From NCBI RefSeq assembly GCF_035594765.1, contig NC_085842.1, forward strand, positions 291,695,749 through 291,759,748: 64,000 bases of DNA, in the 5' to 3' direction. Source of the DNA: Anolis carolinensis (Eukaryota). Both the position numbers and the translations under genes were made by a program. Every line of letters starts with the position of its first letter. Positions within the stretch are counted from its first letter, which is position 1. Of this stretch, positions 63,452 to 64,000 are shown piece after piece. Below the pieces are notes generated by a model that saw only the letters and a program-made list of their open reading frames with translations, had not been told where the DNA came from and did not search any database.

Positions 63452-64000
63452 AACCCACAACTTTACACCTTTTTTATTATAGCTCACAGCATTTGGCCAT
63501 CTCATCTGAGAAACTCCAGCAGTCCAAAAACTAAAATTCTCCAACCCATGTCCCTTTCTGGCTACATTTCTTTTTCTTTTATGTAGAATCCTCCTTCATG
63601 TCCACATTAATAAATATCATGATCATAATAGCACATAATAACACTAGTTATAATAACCAAAGAATTTAGAGACGGCGAGGTGATAAACTTGAACATGACC
63701 ATAGAGGAAAAAGACAAATGTAGCCAGGGGAACTGGGGAATGGAAAGAAAGAAGAGGGGAGAAGGGATGTGACTAGGAGTGAGAACATGTGTGCATATGG
63801 ATGTTGGGAAATAGAAGTAGAGAAAGGGAAGAAAAACATAAAAGAGAAAATGGTGAGAAGTTGGAAGGAGAGAAGACAACAAAAATACAAAGAGAGGGAC
63901 TAGAGAAAACAGGTGAAGAAGAAAAAGTGAAAACATAATGAAGAGTGCAGGAAAGGGAACATGTTTAACCGGGGGTTTCTGGGAATGGGGAAAGAATTAC

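Noticed and set aside
1-64000. CRISPR arrays, rRNA or prokaryotic systems
   Set aside because: Eukaryotic DNA with no regularly spaced repeats or rRNA signatures.

Overview
Vertebrate (squamate, very probably Anolis-type lizard) genomic DNA, judged from its repeat content: Sauria SINEs, Penelope, Vingi, CR1, L2, R4/Dong, SPIN/OC1-like hAT and Tc1/mariner MITEs. The only host gene I can support is the first coding exon of MAST4 (minus strand, 5283..4906) in a CpG island. Positions 1-4905 are its intron 1 and the rest is ~58 kb of repeat-rich upstream sequence with one assembly gap. The main feature is a complete, apparently very young Tf1/Sushi-type Gypsy LTR retrotransposon (43503..49845, minus) with 1150-bp LTRs, a GAGAC TSD and intact gag and pol. 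Its architecture is unusual. (i) It has no tRNA-type PBS, but an 11-nt self-primer lies ~30 nt after a TATA-like box. (ii) It has no chromodomain; instead pol runs 418 nt into the 3' LTR, so almost all of U3 codes an acidic tail containing SDEESFEGF, a match to the FxGF motif that binds LEDGF-IBD/TFIIS-N-terminal domains. (iii) It has a very long R region, with a 19-bp R:gag-AUG duplex whose two mismatches are both G:U in the RNA, a cUNCGg hairpin and a leader sequence able to mask the 5' poly(A) signal. Repeat family names come from recalled consensus motifs, not from a database search, and boundaries without a TSD are approximate.
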